Shown in pieces: positions 63,137-64,000 of a stretch of 64,000 nucleotides of DNA; the stretch's first letter is position 1; each line of letters starts with the position of its first letter. The notes below the pieces were generated by a model. It saw only the letters and a program-made list of their open reading frames with translations, searched no databases and had not been told where the DNA came from. The position numbers and the translations under genes were made by a program. Source of the DNA: a virus (Duplodnaviria; Caudoviricetes); the IMG/VR virus record IMGVR_UViG_3300032327_000792. One strand, written 5' to 3'.

Positions 63137-63210
63137 TGGTGCCCCCACACAGAATCGAACTGCGAATTGATGATTACAAATCAACTGTTATGCCATTTAA
63201 CTATGGGGGC
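63137..63210 (-). tRNA. trnT: tRNA-Thr (anticodon UGU) with encoded CCA
   Basis: Acceptor stem GCCCCCA/TGGGGGC plus ACCA; D-stem GTTA/TAAC; anticodon loop TTTGTAA; T-arm CGCAG-TTCGATT-CTGTG; one U-U mismatch in the anticodon stem. Confidence 0.93.
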
Positions 63211-63250
63211 ATACATAGCTATTATACAGCAGAATCAGTACTTACGTCAA

Positions 63251-63505
63251 CTATTCTTCTGTCCATTTTTTTGTTTGGTCAAACGACTTTTCTTGCACAG
63301 TGGGTTCTTTAAAAAACTTACGTGGATTACCGCACATATAACAATTTGAGTTCCCGCATGTGACAGCATGAATCTTGCTTAGTCGATGTTCTGGTTTCCC
63401 CATAGGGAAACCGTGAGCCTTGGCTATTCTTGTTTGCTTCTTGATAGCACGTATTTTCCGTTGAAGTCTTTTGCTGTGTTTGAAACGTTCTACTTGATTG
63501 CTCAT
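63251..63505 (-). CDS. Basic protein with a Cx4CxxC motif (84 aa)
   Basis: 'HAVTCGNSNCYMCGNPRK'; K/R-rich. Confidence 0.72.
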   Translation of the reverse strand: MSNQVERFKHSKRLQRKIRAIKKQTRIAKAHGFPMGKPEHRLSKIHAVTCGNSNCYMCGNPRKFFKEPTVQEKSFDQTKKWTEE

Positions 63506-63540
63506 GGTGCCTCTCGAGTTGCGATAACATTAGTATACAG

Positions 63541-63849
63541 TCAAGGCATGCTAAGAACAACAGTCAGTCCTGCTCCCTTTTGCCAAAAAGCCCAGTACCA
63601 TTGTCCATGTGTGTCTCGTTCCAAAAAGATTGCTTCCGTCCTAAAGCCGCGTCCTTGAATAAAACCGTCGGTATATTCCCAAGCACGGCCACGATAGCCC
63701 AATTTTTTGTGTATTTGATTGATACGGTGTGATGCACCGACACAAAGAACTTCAGCGGGTGTATCCCGCTGATATATAGTTCTCAGCCTTTCGGCTTCGT
63801 AGTAAGGTATGTGTTGGTCGAGCCAAGTTGCCCAGTCCACGACCAACAT
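63541..63849 (-). CDS. Hypothetical protein (102 aa)
   Basis: Starts 9 nt after the rubrerythrin stop; AAGG RBS. Confidence 0.55.
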   Translation of the reverse strand: MLVVDWATWLDQHIPYYEAERLRTIYQRDTPAEVLCVGASHRINQIHKKLGYRGRAWEYTDGFIQGRGFRTEAIFLERDTHGQWYWAFWQKGAGLTVVLSMP

Positions 63850-63858
63850 CGTATTGCC

Positions 63859-64000
63859 TTATTGATTTGCGTTGAGAGCGTCCAAAGCCTTCTGGTAACG
63901 GTTAGCGTGTGAACGCTCAGCCTTTGCCAATGTCTCGAACCAATCAGCAACTTCGTCAAAGCCTTCGTCACGTGCTGTCTTAGCCATACCTGGGTACATA
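63859..64000 (-). CDS. rbr: Rubrerythrin C-terminal portion (5'-truncated by the window edge; not in the ORF track)
   Basis: ...[46 protein letters not shown]; 'MYP..A..A..EG' and ExxH ('ERSH') di-iron motifs; no C-terminal rubredoxin domain. Confidence 0.88.
   Translation of the reverse strand, partial: MYPGMAKTARDEGFDEVADWFETLAKAERSHANRYQKALDALNANQ

Noticed and set aside
63110-63184. Track start for the ORF 62948-63184
   Set aside because: It would run through the tRNA-Thr; the ATG at 63109 has its own AAGGA RBS.
1-64000. Stop-codon reassignment, as seen in some large phages
   Set aside because: Long ORFs up to 4700 aa are intact under the standard code, and TAA, TAG and TGA all terminate well-supported genes.
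1-64000. CRISPR array, integrase or transposase, intron or intein, diversity-generating retroelement
   Set aside because: I saw no regularly spaced direct repeats and no recombinase, reverse transcriptase, homing endonuclease or intein motifs. A repeat finder and HMM scan would be needed to exclude them formally.

Overview
The window reads as a 64-kb segment of a jumbo myovirus genome. It is densely coding, uses the standard genetic code, and has many ATGA-coupled genes. A Burkholderiales/Neisseriales-type porin suggests a betaproteobacterial host (inference). Five blocks are visible. (1) 1-25120 (+): contractile-tail/baseplate module with a gp5-like spike, gp25-like and gp6-like wedge proteins, a 4700-aa virion protein containing seven FG-GAP-like blades, and a fibre protein with a chaperone-like C-terminus. 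(2) 25191-45763: a large tailoring locus with six radical SAM paralogues carrying an N-terminal Twitch-like domain, up to seven glycosyltransferase-like genes, a NodU/TobZ-type carbamoyltransferase, a DegT aminotransferase and an NDP-sugar epimerase/dehydratase. (3) 45888-53450 (-): small genes, a MoxR-type AAA ATPase with a vWA-metallopeptidase partner, and a porin. (4) 53472-62057 (-): four 2OG-Fe(II)-oxygenase-like genes, a B12-binding radical SAM enzyme, a PP-loop enzyme and a TctA/TctC-like transporter pair. (5) 62120-64000 (-): metallophosphoesterase, tRNA-Thr(UGU) and a partial rubrerythrin. Reading outside the ORF track gave several unlisted micro-ORFs and a candidate structured leader motif (TGACGC...ACT-hairpin-AACGCC) found three times. 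All functional calls come from motifs read by eye; no database searches were run.
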